A DNA stretch of 64,000 nt from Candidatus Omnitrophota bacterium (GCA_028715965.1 JAQUQS010000002.1:13368-77367), one strand, 5' to 3'. Shown: positions 29,626-39,946, numbered from the stretch's first letter. Translations and numbers: made by a program. The notes: generated by a model not told the origin, from the sequence alone.

Positions 29626-30906
29626 TCACTTATATGATAGCGTCTGTTTACGGCTCTTACCTACCGATACGAGCATTATGTTGGTCCTTATCAGCTCTTT
29701 TATCCTGTCCAGGTACTTTCGCGCGTTCTCCGGGAGATCGTCGCAGGACGTAAGCGTCGACGTGTCCTTTTTCCACCCAGGATGCTCTTCATAGACCGGT
29801 TCGCAATTCTCCAGGAAACCCGGTATGCCGGGTATCTCTTTGTATATTTTCCCCTTATACCGGTACGCGGTACATATATTTATTGTATCAAGTTCGTCCA
29901 ATACATCAAGCTTTGTTATCACTACATCGTCTATGCCGTTTATCATGACCGAATTCCGCACCAGGACGCTGTCGAACCAACCACATCTCCTGGCCCGGCC
30001 GGTAGTAGCCCCGAACTCTCCGCCTTTCTCCCGTATCTTCTGCATAAGTTCAGGTCCGAACTCGGTCGGGAACGGGCCTTCTCCCACCCTGGTCGTATAG
30101 GCTTTTACCACCCCGACGACACGGTCTATCCTTGAAGGACCTATCCCGCCGCCCGTACAAGCCCCACCAGCCGTAGCGTTCGACGATGTTACATAGGGAT
30201 ATGTACCGTAATCCACATCAAGGAAAGTGCCTTGAGCTCCCTCGAAAAGTATCGAGTTATCTTCCTCCAACGCGTTATTAAGGAGCGTCGTCGAGTCGCA
30301 TACATATTCCGCTAGACGCTTGGCGTACCCTGTATATTCCTCCAATATATCCTCGACGGAAAACCCCTTGAAGCCCGTTAGCCCCTTCAGTGTCTCGCTT
30401 TTTTCCTCGAGGTTCTCCTTGAGCTGCTTCTTGAAATATTTGACGTCGAACAGGTCCCCCATCCTTATCCCTATACGCGTTACCTTGTCAGCGTAGCACG
30501 GGCCTATCCCTTTCTTCGTGGTGCCGATCTTGCCCTTTTTCTTTTTCTTCTCCCTGAGCTCGTCTATCTTGATATGGTACGGCAGTATCACATGCGCCTT
30601 ATCGCTGACCTTAAGCCTGCCGTCCACATCGATGCCCTGTTTGTGGAGGAGCTCTATCTCCGCCAGCAACGCCTTCGGATCAACAACCACTCCGTGCCCT
30701 ATAACACATATCTTACCGTCATGCAGTATGCCTGACGGGATCAGATGCAGGATATATTTGTTATCCCCTATGACGACCGTGTGACCCGCGTTGTTCCCGC
30801 CCTGATACCGGACGATGTACTGCACGTCCTCGGTCAATATGTCAATGACCTTACCCTTACCCTCGTCGCCCCACTGGGCTCCCACCAACACCGTTACTTT
30901 CGCCAT
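29626..30906 (-). CDS. purA: adenylosuccinate synthetase
   Basis: GAQWGDEGKGK P-loop; PurA-like over the full length. Confidence 0.95.
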   Translation of the reverse strand: MAKVTVLVGAQWGDEGKGKVIDILTEDVQYIVRYQGGNNAGHTVVIGDNKYILHLIPSGILHDGKICVIGHGVVVDPKALLAEIELLHKQGIDVDGRLKVSDKAHVILPYHIKIDELREKKKKKGKIGTTKKGIGPCYADKVTRIGIRMGDLFDVKYFKKQLKENLEEKSETLKGLTGFKGFSVEDILEEYTGYAKRLAEYVCDSTTLLNNALEEDNSILFEGAQGTFLDVDYGTYPYVTSSNATAGGACTGGGIGPSRIDRVVGVVKAYTTRVGEGPFPTEFGPELMQKIREKGGEFGATTGRARRCGWFDSVLVRNSVMINGIDDVVITKLDVLDELDTINICTAYRYKGKIYKEIPGIPGFLENCEPVYEEHPGWKKDTSTLTSCDDLPENARKYLDRIKELIRTNIMLVSVGKSRKQTLSYK

Positions 30907-30943
30907 GCTAACCTTTCTGCTGTACTTTCCTTGAGTTACCTTA

Positions 30944-31609
30944 CTATCTTCTTACCGCCGGTGGAGATGGAGGCGCCGAAGGGACACTTGGAGCCCTCAC
31001 CGGAGCCGACGGGATGGTCGGCACAGATGGCGGCACATATGCCCGCGGCGTCTGGACCGGCGTTACCGGTGGGCGCGGTGCCTGGGCCGGGGCCCCGGAG
31101 CCACCCTGAGGCACCCGCTGCAGGTTCTGCAGGGTCCTCACCCTCTCCTGTTGCGCGAGCATGTTCTGTATACGTTCTGAATTAAGTATGGTCGCGCGCT
31201 GGTTTATCCGGACGTATAGTTTATAAAGGTCTTCCTCTTCAAGCTTCTCCAGCTCCTCTGGTATATTCCCCGCCTCGGCATAATAGTAGGACACCTCCCC
31301 GGTCTCCACGTCCTGCCTCGCCGATAACCCCGGCATCTCATCCGCGATCTGCGTGAAGACCTTCAGTCTTCTGGCTATGGTGTCAAGCATCTGCTGCCTG
31401 TCAGGCTTTTTCTTTGCGGTGGGGGCGGCACTTTCCGGCGGAGTTGACACCTTCGCTGGCTGTGCCGTATCGGATGATACCGTTCCCTTAGAGTACTTGG
31501 CTTTTACCTTGTCCCAGAACCCCATCTTTTGTTCCGCTCCATAGACATTGGCGCCGGAACACAGGAAAGATACAGCAACTAACCAGGATACCGCCCTTAT
31601 CGATCGCAT
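30944..31609 (-). CDS. secreted hypothetical protein with Pro-rich C-terminal tail
   Basis: Signal peptide, a coiled-coil-like middle, then PxxP-rich repeats (APAQAPRPPVTPVQTPRAYVPPSVPTIPSAPV). Confidence 0.55.
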   Translation of the reverse strand: MRSIRAVSWLVAVSFLCSGANVYGAEQKMGFWDKVKAKYSKGTVSSDTAQPAKVSTPPESAAPTAKKKPDRQQMLDTIARRLKVFTQIADEMPGLSARQDVETGEVSYYYAEAGNIPEELEKLEEEDLYKLYVRINQRATILNSERIQNMLAQQERVRTLQNLQRVPQGGSGAPAQAPRPPVTPVQTPRAYVPPSVPTIPSAPVRAPSVPSAPPSPPAVRR

Positions 31610-31626
31610 AAGATCACCGCCTTTTT

Positions 31627-33222
31627 TTAAACGAATATCCTCACCTGTTTTATGTCTTTTATATGTTTGAACTTCTTGAGGTCCGATATGACCTTCTGGG
31701 GCACTTCGCTGTCCACGTTTATAAGGCTTATGGCTTCCTGTGTCTTTTTGTCCCTCCCGAAGCTCATTTCCGCTATATTGATCTTATGCTTGGCGAGTTC
31801 CGTGCCCAGCTTACCGACCACACCGGGAACGTCCTTGTTCGTGAGGACCAGCATGTACCCGTTAGGAACGGCCTCAACATAATACTTATCCATCTTGACT
31901 ATTCTCGCTTCCTTGTTCGAGAACAGCGTGCCCATGATAGAGTGGCGCTTCTTTCCCGTGTCGAACTCGACATTGATAAGATTAGCGAAATCAGAGATCT
32001 CGGGCGTCTTTTTCTCCGACACCTTTATCCCGCGTTCCTTCGCGATCAGCGGCGCGTTCACATAGTTCACATCCTCTTCAAGAACAGGGTTGAATATGCC
32101 CTTAAGAAGCGCGCGCGTTATAAGTTCGACATCAAGCGCGGCCACTTCACCCACATACGTTATAGCGACGCTCTTGACCGGGCCCTCCATAAGCTGCGAC
32201 TGTATGGCACCCAGGCGTTCCGCCAGGTTCATGTACGGTTTGACCGCTTCCATGGTCTCGGATTCCATGTATGGTACGTTTATCGCGTTACGGAACCCCC
32301 TACCTAAAAGGGCTTCTGATACGGTCTTGGCCATATCTATGGCGACGTTCACCTGCGCTTCCGAAGTGGACGCGCCCAGATGGGGGGTGCCGATCACCGT
32401 GTCGATCTTGTACACAGGGCTATCAAGCGGCGGTTTTGCCTTGGTCTCGAACACGTCAAGAGCCGCGCCGGCCACTTTACCCGACTTAAGGTGCTTCGCC
32501 ATGGCGTTCTCGTCGATTATCCCTCCACGCGCGGCGTTTATGATACGTACGCCTTTTTTCATCTTCTGGAACGCGTTATCGTCAAGAAGGTGCTTGGTCT
32601 CTTCGGTAAGAGGCGTGTGGATCGTTATGAAATCCGATCCCTCGAGCAACTTGTCCAGGACCACCGATTCCACATTAAGCGTCTTGGCCCTTTCTTCGGT
32701 AAGATATGGGTCGAAAGCCAGTATCCGCATCCCAAAGCTCAGGGCCCTCTTGGCGAACTCCGCGCCGATACGTCCCATGCCTATGATACCCAGCGTCTTC
32801 CCGTAAAGCTCAACACCCATGAATTTCTTCCGGTCCCACTTGTCCTGCTTTATGGAATCATTAGCCTGCGGTATGTTGCGTGAAAGGGATAGCATCAGGC
32901 TGAACGCGTGCTCGGCCGTAGAGATAGTGTTCCCAGCGGGCGCGTTCATGACTATGATGCCTTTCTTGGAAGCCGCCGCGACATCCACGTTGTCCACTCC
33001 CACACCGGCCCGGCCTATCACCTTGAGCGCGTCGGAAGCGTTTATTATCTTAGCCGTCACCGTGGTACCGCTACGTATTATCAACGCGTCATATCCTTTT
33101 ATCTTCTTGCAAAGCTGTTCTTCCGTGAGCTTGGACACCTCATCGACCTTGAAACCGTTCTGTTTGAGGATATCCACTCCCTCTTTGGACAGCGGATCGC
33201 TTACCAGGATCTTAATGGCCAT
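31627..33222 (-). CDS. serA: D-3-phosphoglycerate dehydrogenase (long form with ASB/ACT domains)
   Basis: 2-hydroxyacid dehydrogenase motifs (GIIGMGRIG) plus a C-terminal regulatory domain; start set at MAIKILVSD. Confidence 0.9.
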   Translation of the reverse strand: MAIKILVSDPLSKEGVDILKQNGFKVDEVSKLTEEQLCKKIKGYDALIIRSGTTVTAKIINASDALKVIGRAGVGVDNVDVAAASKKGIIVMNAPAGNTISTAEHAFSLMLSLSRNIPQANDSIKQDKWDRKKFMGVELYGKTLGIIGMGRIGAEFAKRALSFGMRILAFDPYLTEERAKTLNVESVVLDKLLEGSDFITIHTPLTEETKHLLDDNAFQKMKKGVRIINAARGGIIDENAMAKHLKSGKVAGAALDVFETKAKPPLDSPVYKIDTVIGTPHLGASTSEAQVNVAIDMAKTVSEALLGRGFRNAINVPYMESETMEAVKPYMNLAERLGAIQSQLMEGPVKSVAITYVGEVAALDVELITRALLKGIFNPVLEEDVNYVNAPLIAKERGIKVSEKKTPEISDFANLINVEFDTGKKRHSIMGTLFSNKEARIVKMDKYYVEAVPNGYMLVLTNKDVPGVVGKLGTELAKHKINIAEMSFGRDKKTQEAISLINVDSEVPQKVISDLKKFKHIKDIKQVRIFV

Positions 33223-33279
33223 ATCAACCACCTCTTTCAATGATATTTTACCGGACGCGTCCACGCCCCGGATCATATT

Positions 33280-34410
33280 CTACTTCAACAGTTCCTGCGC
33301 TTTTGCCACTCCCTTACCAAGCTCTACTTTATGCCCTATCTGGGAAAGCACCATCTCGACACCGGCTATGGCTGATATCGTATCGAATTCGTCCATGTAC
33401 CCCAAATGCGCCAGACGGAATATCTTCCCTTTGAGGTCTCCCTGCCCGCCGGCTATGGTCACGCACTGTTCGTCACGCATTTTCTTGGTAATAGAACCAC
33501 CGTCTATGCCTTCCGGCACTTTCACGGCAGTGACCGCGTTCGACGGGCTCTTGGCGAATATCTCCAGGCCAAGCGCCTTCATTGCCTCCCGGGTAGCGTT
33601 CGCCAGCCGGGCATGCCTGGCCAGTATGTTGTCCATACCTTCGGCCAGCATCATATCGAGGACAGCGTCCAACCCGTTTATGAGGGATACGGCGGGCGTC
33701 CACGGAGTATCGTCCTTGGCGTGTGATTTCAGCGCCGCTTTAAGGCTGAAATAATATTTCGGCAGGTCGGATGTCTCTACCAGCTTCTGGGCCTTGGGGC
33801 TTATGCTCAGGAACGCCAGGCCTGGAGGCAGCATTAGACCTTTCTGTGAGCCTCCCACCACAACGTCGACCCCCCATTCATCAGGTCTGAGCTCATCGGC
33901 TGAAAGTCCGCTTATAGCGTCGACCACGAGGACCGCTTTAGTGGCGGAGACGACCTTACCTATACCTTTTATATCGTTCACTACCCCGGTAGATGTTTCG
34001 CACAGCGTGCTGTAGACGACCTTCACCCCCGGATCATCCTTGAGCATCTTCTCCACTATCTTCGGATCGGCTCCTTCCCCCCATGTCACGTCGTAATTCA
34101 CCGTCTCGACACCGTAGGCTTTACATATTTCCGCGAACCTCTCACCGAACTTACCACCCCTGATAACAAGCGCCTTATCGCCACGCGACAACAAGTTGAC
34201 CACCGACGCTTCCATCGCCCCTGAGCCGCTTGACGCGAACACAAGTACGGGATTTTCCGTATGGAACGCTTTTTTCAGCTTGATATTGACCTGTTTGAGC
34301 ACGGCCTGGAACTGGGGCGTCCTGTGGTGTATTATCGTATCCGCCATCCTGAGCAGGACTTTTTCGGGTACCGGCGTCGGGCCGGGAGCCATTAATCTAT
34401 ATTTTCTCAT
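33280..34410 (-). CDS. class V aminotransferase (AGXT / phosphoserine aminotransferase type), likely SerC analogue
   Basis: PGPTPVP N-terminus and PLP-lysine motif GGSQKG; adjacent to serA. Confidence 0.75.
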   Translation of the reverse strand: MRKYRLMAPGPTPVPEKVLLRMADTIIHHRTPQFQAVLKQVNIKLKKAFHTENPVLVFASSGSGAMEASVVNLLSRGDKALVIRGGKFGERFAEICKAYGVETVNYDVTWGEGADPKIVEKMLKDDPGVKVVYSTLCETSTGVVNDIKGIGKVVSATKAVLVVDAISGLSADELRPDEWGVDVVVGGSQKGLMLPPGLAFLSISPKAQKLVETSDLPKYYFSLKAALKSHAKDDTPWTPAVSLINGLDAVLDMMLAEGMDNILARHARLANATREAMKALGLEIFAKSPSNAVTAVKVPEGIDGGSITKKMRDEQCVTIAGGQGDLKGKIFRLAHLGYMDEFDTISAIAGVEMVLSQIGHKVELGKGVAKAQELLK

Positions 34411-34539
34411 TGTGTTTTCTCCTTTCGGTCTTTTCGTGCGGGCACACGAAGTGGTATCTTTAATTTAAAAAGACAAACCCTTATATGCGGCGGAAGAGCT
34501 ATAACATGATCCACCTTCCGTTCTTGCTTTGATGATCTC

Positions 34540-35124
34540 CTAGTTTATAACGCTGATGACCTCGTCAACGACACCGTAATCCCTGGCTTCCGTGGCGCTC
34601 ATGAAAAAATCCCTGTCGGTGTCCACTTTTATCCGTTCTTCCGACTGGCCCGTATGATGCACCAATATGCTTTCGAGCATATCTTTTATCCTGAGTATCT
34701 CTTTCGCCTGGATATGTATATCCGCAGCCGCGCCCTGGGCCCCACCCCATGGCTGGTGCAGCATTATCCTGGAATTGGGAAGCGAGTATCTCTTCCCCTT
34801 CTTACCAGCGGCGAGGAGGACCGCCGCCATGCTGGCGGCCTGGCCTATACAGTATGTGTTGACATCGGGCTTAACGAACTGCATCGTGTCATATATCGAA
34901 AGCCCGGCAGTAACACTGCCTCCGGGTGAATTGATATAAAGGCTGATATCTTTCGTCGGGTCCTCCATTTGGAGGAAAAGGAGTTGGGCGACCACGATGT
35001 TCGCCACATAATCATCGATGGGCGAGCCGATAAAAACTATACGGTCCTTCAAAAGGCGCGAGTATATATCATATGCCCTTTCCTGACGTCCCTCTTTTTC
35101 TATAACCATAGGTACTATCGTCAT
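34540..35124 (-). CDS. clpP: ATP-dependent Clp protease proteolytic subunit
   Basis: ClpP Ser/His/Asp catalytic-triad context ([11 protein letters not shown]). Confidence 0.95.
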   Translation of the reverse strand: MTIVPMVIEKEGRQERAYDIYSRLLKDRIVFIGSPIDDYVANIVVAQLLFLQMEDPTKDISLYINSPGGSVTAGLSIYDTMQFVKPDVNTYCIGQAASMAAVLLAAGKKGKRYSLPNSRIMLHQPWGGAQGAAADIHIQAKEILRIKDMLESILVHHTGQSEERIKVDTDRDFFMSATEARDYGVVDEVISVIN

Positions 35125-35144
35125 ATGGTCCTCCTCTTGGTATT

Positions 35145-36419
35145 TTACGCTTTTTCGGTAACAGCCGCCTCGCTGAGCAGGAATTCCAGCGTTTTGTCCT
35201 CCCTGAGCTGTTCTTTGAGGCCGTCCACAAGATCGTTCTTTTCGTAATATTCACGGACCTTTTCCACGTCCTGGTTATATGACATGGCCATTGAAGCGAA
35301 CCAGTCTTCCAGTTCTTTTTCCTCTACCTGTATATCCTCGCAATCGGCTATACGGCTCAGGATGAAATATACCCTGACCTTGTCCTCCGCTTCACGGTAA
35401 AGCTTGTCGTTCAGTTCTTCCTTATGCTTACCGATGGCCTCAGCGCTCACGCCTTTCTGGAGAAGCTCGTTCTCGGCCCTGTCCATAAGCACCTTCATCT
35501 GCCTTTCAACCATGGAACCGGGGACATCAAAAGAGTGTTTCTTGATGAGCTGCTCTATTATCTGGTTCTTCATGTTCACTTTGGCGTTAGCTTCCTTTCT
35601 CAAGGAAAGCTGTCCTTTTATCTCTTCCTCTACCTGGCCGGACGTTTCCTTGCCTATCTTTTTCGCGAACTCATCGTCCAGCTCAGGCACTTTCTTCTCG
35701 CGCGTATCCTTCACTTCCACGCTGAAGACCGCGTCCTTGTCGGCGTATTTTTCGTCCGGATAATCCTTCGGGAGTTTCACGTTTATGTCTTTTTTGTCGC
35801 CCGGTTTCATCCCCACGAGCGCTTCCCCCATGCCAAGCAGGGAAACCTCCTTGTCTACCTCTATCCACATGTTGTTACGCTTGGAAGATATGGGCTTCCC
35901 GTCCATGTACGTCTCGACATCGCATATGGCGAAATCGCCCTTTCCCAGAGGACGGTCTATCTTCTCGAATTCCGCGTGCATATTCCTTATCCGCTCCAGG
36001 GCCTCCTTGACCTCTTCGTCCGCCACTACGACCTTTTCTTTTTCCACTTTCAGTCCTTTGTACTTCTTTATATCGCACTCGGGCTCCACATCCACTTTAG
36101 CGGTGAACTTGAACTCCCCGGAAAGCTCGAGCGATACCTCGGACACCTCCGGGTAACTTACCGGCGTTATGGACTTGTCGTTCAGGGCCATCTGGTACCC
36201 CATAGGGATAAGCCGTCTCTGCACTTCGTCCCTGGCGTCATCCATGAATCTCTTGCGTACTATGTCTATCGGGGCCTTGCCAGGACGAAAGCCGGGTATC
36301 TTAGCCGTCTTGCGTATATCCTCCAGCACTTCCTCGAACGCCTTGCTCACAACATCCTTCGGCATCTCTATATCCAGCTGCCTGGCTGTCCCTTCAAGTT
36401 TCTTTATCTTTACCTTCAT
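35145..36419 (-). CDS. tig: trigger factor
   Basis: Trigger-factor N-terminal ribosome-binding region (GFRPGKAP); about 424 aa. Confidence 0.9.
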   Translation of the reverse strand: MKVKIKKLEGTARQLDIEMPKDVVSKAFEEVLEDIRKTAKIPGFRPGKAPIDIVRKRFMDDARDEVQRRLIPMGYQMALNDKSITPVSYPEVSEVSLELSGEFKFTAKVDVEPECDIKKYKGLKVEKEKVVVADEEVKEALERIRNMHAEFEKIDRPLGKGDFAICDVETYMDGKPISSKRNNMWIEVDKEVSLLGMGEALVGMKPGDKKDINVKLPKDYPDEKYADKDAVFSVEVKDTREKKVPELDDEFAKKIGKETSGQVEEEIKGQLSLRKEANAKVNMKNQIIEQLIKKHSFDVPGSMVERQMKVLMDRAENELLQKGVSAEAIGKHKEELNDKLYREAEDKVRVYFILSRIADCEDIQVEEKELEDWFASMAMSYNQDVEKVREYYEKNDLVDGLKEQLREDKTLEFLLSEAAVTEKA

Positions 36420-36477
36420 GATGTTCCTTCTTGTTAAAATGAGATGTCCAACAATATATAAGGCACGGACGTCCCCG

Positions 36478-36816
36478 TCATTTGCCCCATTTACCCATAT
36501 CCATTATCTTGCCCATCACGGCCTTTCTCCTGCGTGACGCCGCCTTCCCCCTGAGCCTGCGAAGTTGTTTTTTGATATTGTCACCCGCTTTATCTACCGA
36601 AGCGTAGATATCCGTGGCCGCTTCCCTGGCCACGATACGGTTCCGTTTGAGGTAAACTATGATCTCTATGGTCTTGAGCGTCTTTTCCGCGTCAAGTATG
36701 ACATCGCAACCGTTTATACGGTTGTAGAACTTCTCTATCTTCGCCATTTTATTGTTTATATATTTCTTAAGCGAATCGTTGAGCTCTATATTCCTTCCCG
36801 TAATGCTGACGTTCAT
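36478..36816 (-). CDS. hpf: ribosome hibernation promoting factor (short HPF/YfiA type)
   Basis: MNVSITGRNIELNDSLKKYI is typical of HPF/RaiA. Confidence 0.85.
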   Translation of the reverse strand: MNVSITGRNIELNDSLKKYINNKMAKIEKFYNRINGCDVILDAEKTLKTIEIIVYLKRNRIVAREAATDIYASVDKAGDNIKKQLRRLRGKAASRRRKAVMGKIMDMGKWGK

Positions 36817-36895
36817 ATCTTCCCCCGTCCTCCCGTTTTAGTGCTTTTATCGTAAAATCACCCCGCTGGAACCAGCGCAAGGCTTTGGAGGATAA

Positions 36896-36924
36896 CAATA
36901 TACCATTATGTACCGTGTTTTTCA
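36896..36924 (-). promoter_or_regulatory. putative sigma70 promoter for hpf
   Basis: Minus strand reads TTGAAA-N17-TATATT in the 167-nt lptB-hpf spacer. Confidence 0.5.
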
Positions 36925-36983
36925 ATATAAAATAAGGCTTTATATGACTTTTTAAGCAAAAATATCCTAACAGATATGCGGAC

Positions 36984-37706
36984 TTACATACTGAACCGTT
37001 CGCCCAGGTATATCTCCCGCGCTTTTGGGTCATTTATCAGTTCTTCTTTAGTCCCGGATATCAGTACCTGCCCTTCATACATGATGTAGGAACGATCCGT
37101 TATGGTAAGCGTTTCCCTCACATTATGGTCCGTAAGGAGTATGCCCAGTCCCATCTCCCGTAGCTCCCTTATTACTTCCTGGCAATCAAAGACCGCTATG
37201 GGGTCTATCCCGCTGAAAGGCTCGTCGAGAAGGATGAACATGGGATTAGTAACAAGTGTACGCGTTATTTCAAGTCGCCTGCGTTCACCACCGGAGAGCG
37301 TGTATGCCTTGCTTTTCCTTAAATGCGATATTTTCAGCTGGTTCAACAGGTTATCCAGCTGCCTCCGTCTTTCGCGCCTGGGGAACCCGAGCGTTTCCAT
37401 GACGGCCATAATGTTCTCTTCAACGGTAAGCTGCCTGAATATGGAAGGCTCCTGGGACAGGTACCCGATCCCGGACCGAGCCCTCTTGTAGATCGGGAGG
37501 TTCGTGATATTCTTGGTGTCGAAGATAACATTGCCGGAATCCGGCCGTATTATACCCGTTACCATGTAGAAAGTGGTGGTCTTCCCGGCGCCATTGGGTC
37601 CCAGGAGCCCCACCACCTCGCCCTTCTTCACATTTATGCTCACATCCTTGACGACGATCCTACCTGCATACGCTTTCCTGAGGTTATTCGTTTCCAGAAG
37701 ATGCAT
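36984..37706 (-). CDS. lptB: LPS export ABC transporter ATP-binding protein
   Basis: Walker A (GPNGAGKTT), ABC signature (LSGGERRR) and an LptB-like C-terminus. Confidence 0.9.
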   Translation of the reverse strand: MHLLETNNLRKAYAGRIVVKDVSINVKKGEVVGLLGPNGAGKTTTFYMVTGIIRPDSGNVIFDTKNITNLPIYKRARSGIGYLSQEPSIFRQLTVEENIMAVMETLGFPRRERRRQLDNLLNQLKISHLRKSKAYTLSGGERRRLEITRTLVTNPMFILLDEPFSGIDPIAVFDCQEVIRELREMGLGILLTDHNVRETLTITDRSYIMYEGQVLISGTKEELINDPKAREIYLGERFSM

Positions 37707-37721
37707 CTTGCCGCCCCTTTC

Positions 37722-38600
37722 CTATTCTATCGACATGGTTTTTCTTATGTCAAGGCTGTCCAGCTGATCGATCTGCTCCGGATCTATTATCACACGCGGC
37801 CTGCCGAGCAGTTTGGCGCTCTTCGTACTATCGGTGTATATGGCCTTCTCGCTTATCGTATAACTTTTTCCTTTTTTGACCCTTACGTTGCCTTCTGCCA
37901 CGACTTGCGAGATCTTTTCCGTATCCTTATCGAAATACACGGTGAGCATATCCGCGAAAAGTTTACCGTCCTTGTCCTCTACCCCGACGTTATCATGGAA
38001 AATAGCCTGTTTCTTATCATAGTCTATTTCAAGCGGGCCATCGCACATTACAAGCGTGAACGGCTCGATCTTTACGCTAACGTTCGACCTGAGAAGGGCC
38101 GTTTTATTCCCGGAGTTCGCCATACCGCCATCGCCGGAGGCCCGAAAACCTTTTTTTTCTATATCCACGTGAGAATCCGTGGTTATCTCTCTTTTCTCCT
38201 GGGACCATCTGGCCTTATCGGTCGTAAGCACGACACCGTCATCGGAGATGACCTCTACGTCACCTATGAGCTCCACTTCCCCCTTGTCTTTCCTGTATAC
38301 ACCTTTTTCCGAGGACAGGCTCACCGCGGCCGTGTCGCCAAAAGCCATGGCCCTGAGGCTCTTGAGGTGTATATCATCCCCTATTATCTCGGCGGAATCA
38401 CCTTCCAGGTTCCACTGTTTGGCCCCCTTGGGACTCCTTCCGTCTATCTTAAAGGATACGACCTTCTGCTCCAGGCCCGGGGCAGCGTCTTCCTTTTCAC
38501 CTGGGTCCCGCAGGACATCCTGGCCGATATTGTTCCCCCGGGAATAGATAAATACCCCCGCCGTCACGATGAGCAATGTGATCAGAACTTTCTTCCGCAT
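37722..38600 (-). CDS. OstA-like periplasmic LPS transport protein, LptC-like N-terminus (membrane anchor) plus LptA-like C-terminal region
   Basis: N-terminal TM (MRKKVLITLLIVTAGVFIY) followed by a beta-jellyroll-type sequence of about 290 aa, longer than LptC alone; sits in the lptB position. Start trimmed to avoid overlap with lpxL. Confidence 0.65.
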   Translation of the reverse strand: MRKKVLITLLIVTAGVFIYSRGNNIGQDVLRDPGEKEDAAPGLEQKVVSFKIDGRSPKGAKQWNLEGDSAEIIGDDIHLKSLRAMAFGDTAAVSLSSEKGVYRKDKGEVELIGDVEVISDDGVVLTTDKARWSQEKREITTDSHVDIEKKGFRASGDGGMANSGNKTALLRSNVSVKIEPFTLVMCDGPLEIDYDKKQAIFHDNVGVEDKDGKLFADMLTVYFDKDTEKISQVVAEGNVRVKKGKSYTISEKAIYTDSTKSAKLLGRPRVIIDPEQIDQLDSLDIRKTMSIE

Positions 38601-38607
38601 GGGCTTC

Positions 38608-39504
38608 CTATTCCTCTTCCGGCCTGGTCTTCCATCTTTTGTGCATCCAGACCCATTGTTCGGGATATTCCCTGACATATCTTTCCAAAAGCGATGTCCA
38701 CTCCTCCGTATAACGCCTTATGTTCCCGTCCACATCGTCACCTTTTACCGGATATATCGGTTCTTCTATGACCACCCTGTGGGTATTGTCTTTTTTCCTT
38801 ATTACGAATACCGGCACGATCCCGGTGCCGACAGCCATCGCTATCTTGACCGGGGCCACCGGGGTATACGCTTTCCTGCCGAAATAATCCACAAAGACGC
38901 CGTTAACACTGTCCACGTCCTGGTCCGGAACTATCCCGACCACCTCTCCCCTGTGAAGCGCCCCCAGCATCTTCTTTGGCGATTCGTCGCGATATATCAC
39001 CTTCGCGTTGTACCGGGCCCTCATCTTCTCAAGGAACTTGTTATACTTGTAGAAGTACACCTTTCTGGCCACAAGTGAACCGTTATACCCGATATGCGCG
39101 AGGTATAACCCCGCGAGCTCCCAGTTCCCGAAATGAAAAGTTATTATCAGGGCGCCACGCCCCCCGGCCAGGACGCTGTCCAGATGTTCCCTGCCGGAGA
39201 CCTCCGTGACCATGCTGTCGATCACCGACACCCGGGAGAACAACAACTTGACCCATTCCACGCCGTTCATAGCCACGTTCCGGAAAACATTTTCCGCGAT
39301 CTTACGGTTCCTGTCGCCGTTCCCCGGGAACGCGGCGTCCAGGTTGGCCACAGTGGTCTTCGCGTATCCCGGCAGCAACCTAAAGACCAGGCGCCCCAGC
39401 GCGGCCGCCAATGCCATGCCCGCCCTTAGCGGCAACAACGCCAGCAGGAAGAACAATGTCTTGGCAAGGTAATATATATAATACCGTCTATATTTTATCT
39501 TCAT
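38608..39504 (-). CDS. lipid A biosynthesis late acyltransferase (LpxL/HtrB/MsbB family)
   Basis: N-terminal TM segment, HFGNWE catalytic motif, and a C-terminal QWVWMHKRWK motif. Confidence 0.8.
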   Translation of the reverse strand: MKIKYRRYYIYYLAKTLFFLLALLPLRAGMALAAALGRLVFRLLPGYAKTTVANLDAAFPGNGDRNRKIAENVFRNVAMNGVEWVKLLFSRVSVIDSMVTEVSGREHLDSVLAGGRGALIITFHFGNWELAGLYLAHIGYNGSLVARKVYFYKYNKFLEKMRARYNAKVIYRDESPKKMLGALHRGEVVGIVPDQDVDSVNGVFVDYFGRKAYTPVAPVKIAMAVGTGIVPVFVIRKKDNTHRVVIEEPIYPVKGDDVDGNIRRYTEEWTSLLERYVREYPEQWVWMHKRWKTRPEEE

Positions 39505-39534
39505 CTCAATGAGGGTATATCAGTCCGGGCCGTG

Positions 39535-39939
39535 TTATTTTCTCCGTTCGTATTCAGCTTCGACCGTTGTGGTTATCCCGCCGCGGGTGTTGAACACCCC
39601 TTTCACCTTCATATACCTGGGTTTTGAGCTCTTCACAAGGTCATCGAGAAAACGGTTCACCACATGTTCATGGAAAATGCCCATATCCCTGTAGCTGACC
39701 ACGTATTCCTTGAACGACTTGAGCTCAATGCACCATTTCGAGGGAACATACTCGATAGATATGTGCGCGAAATCCGGAAGGCCGGTCTTCGGACATATAC
39801 ATGTGAACTCCGGGGTATCCACCCTGACCATGAACTCCCTGTCCGGGTATTTGTTCTCCCATACGTCTATCCCGGGAAGAACCTTGTCCCTTACGTCCTC
39901 CTGCAGACCTTCATATCCTTTGCGTACCGGCTTTTTCAT
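39535..39939 (-). CDS. queF: NADPH-dependent 7-cyano-7-deazaguanine reductase (type I)
   Basis: QueF motif EFTCICPKTGLPDFA. Confidence 0.9.
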   Translation of the reverse strand: MKKPVRKGYEGLQEDVRDKVLPGIDVWENKYPDREFMVRVDTPEFTCICPKTGLPDFAHISIEYVPSKWCIELKSFKEYVVSYRDMGIFHEHVVNRFLDDLVKSSKPRYMKVKGVFNTRGGITTTVEAEYERRK

Positions 39940-39946
39940 GTCACCT

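Noticed and set aside
36817-36983. Possible sigma54 promoter (TGGTTCC…) or an rpoN remnant in the lptB-hpf spacer
   Set aside because: There is no acceptable match to TGGCAC-N5-TTGCW. The spacer contains no ORF longer than a few codons and nothing recognisably RpoN-like. A sigma70-type TTGAAA-N17-TATATT explains hpf expression.
35424-38675. Long plus-strand ORFs of 337 and 450 aa antisense to tig and lptB/lptC
   Set aside because: Same reasoning: GC-rich antisense shadows of confidently identified genes.
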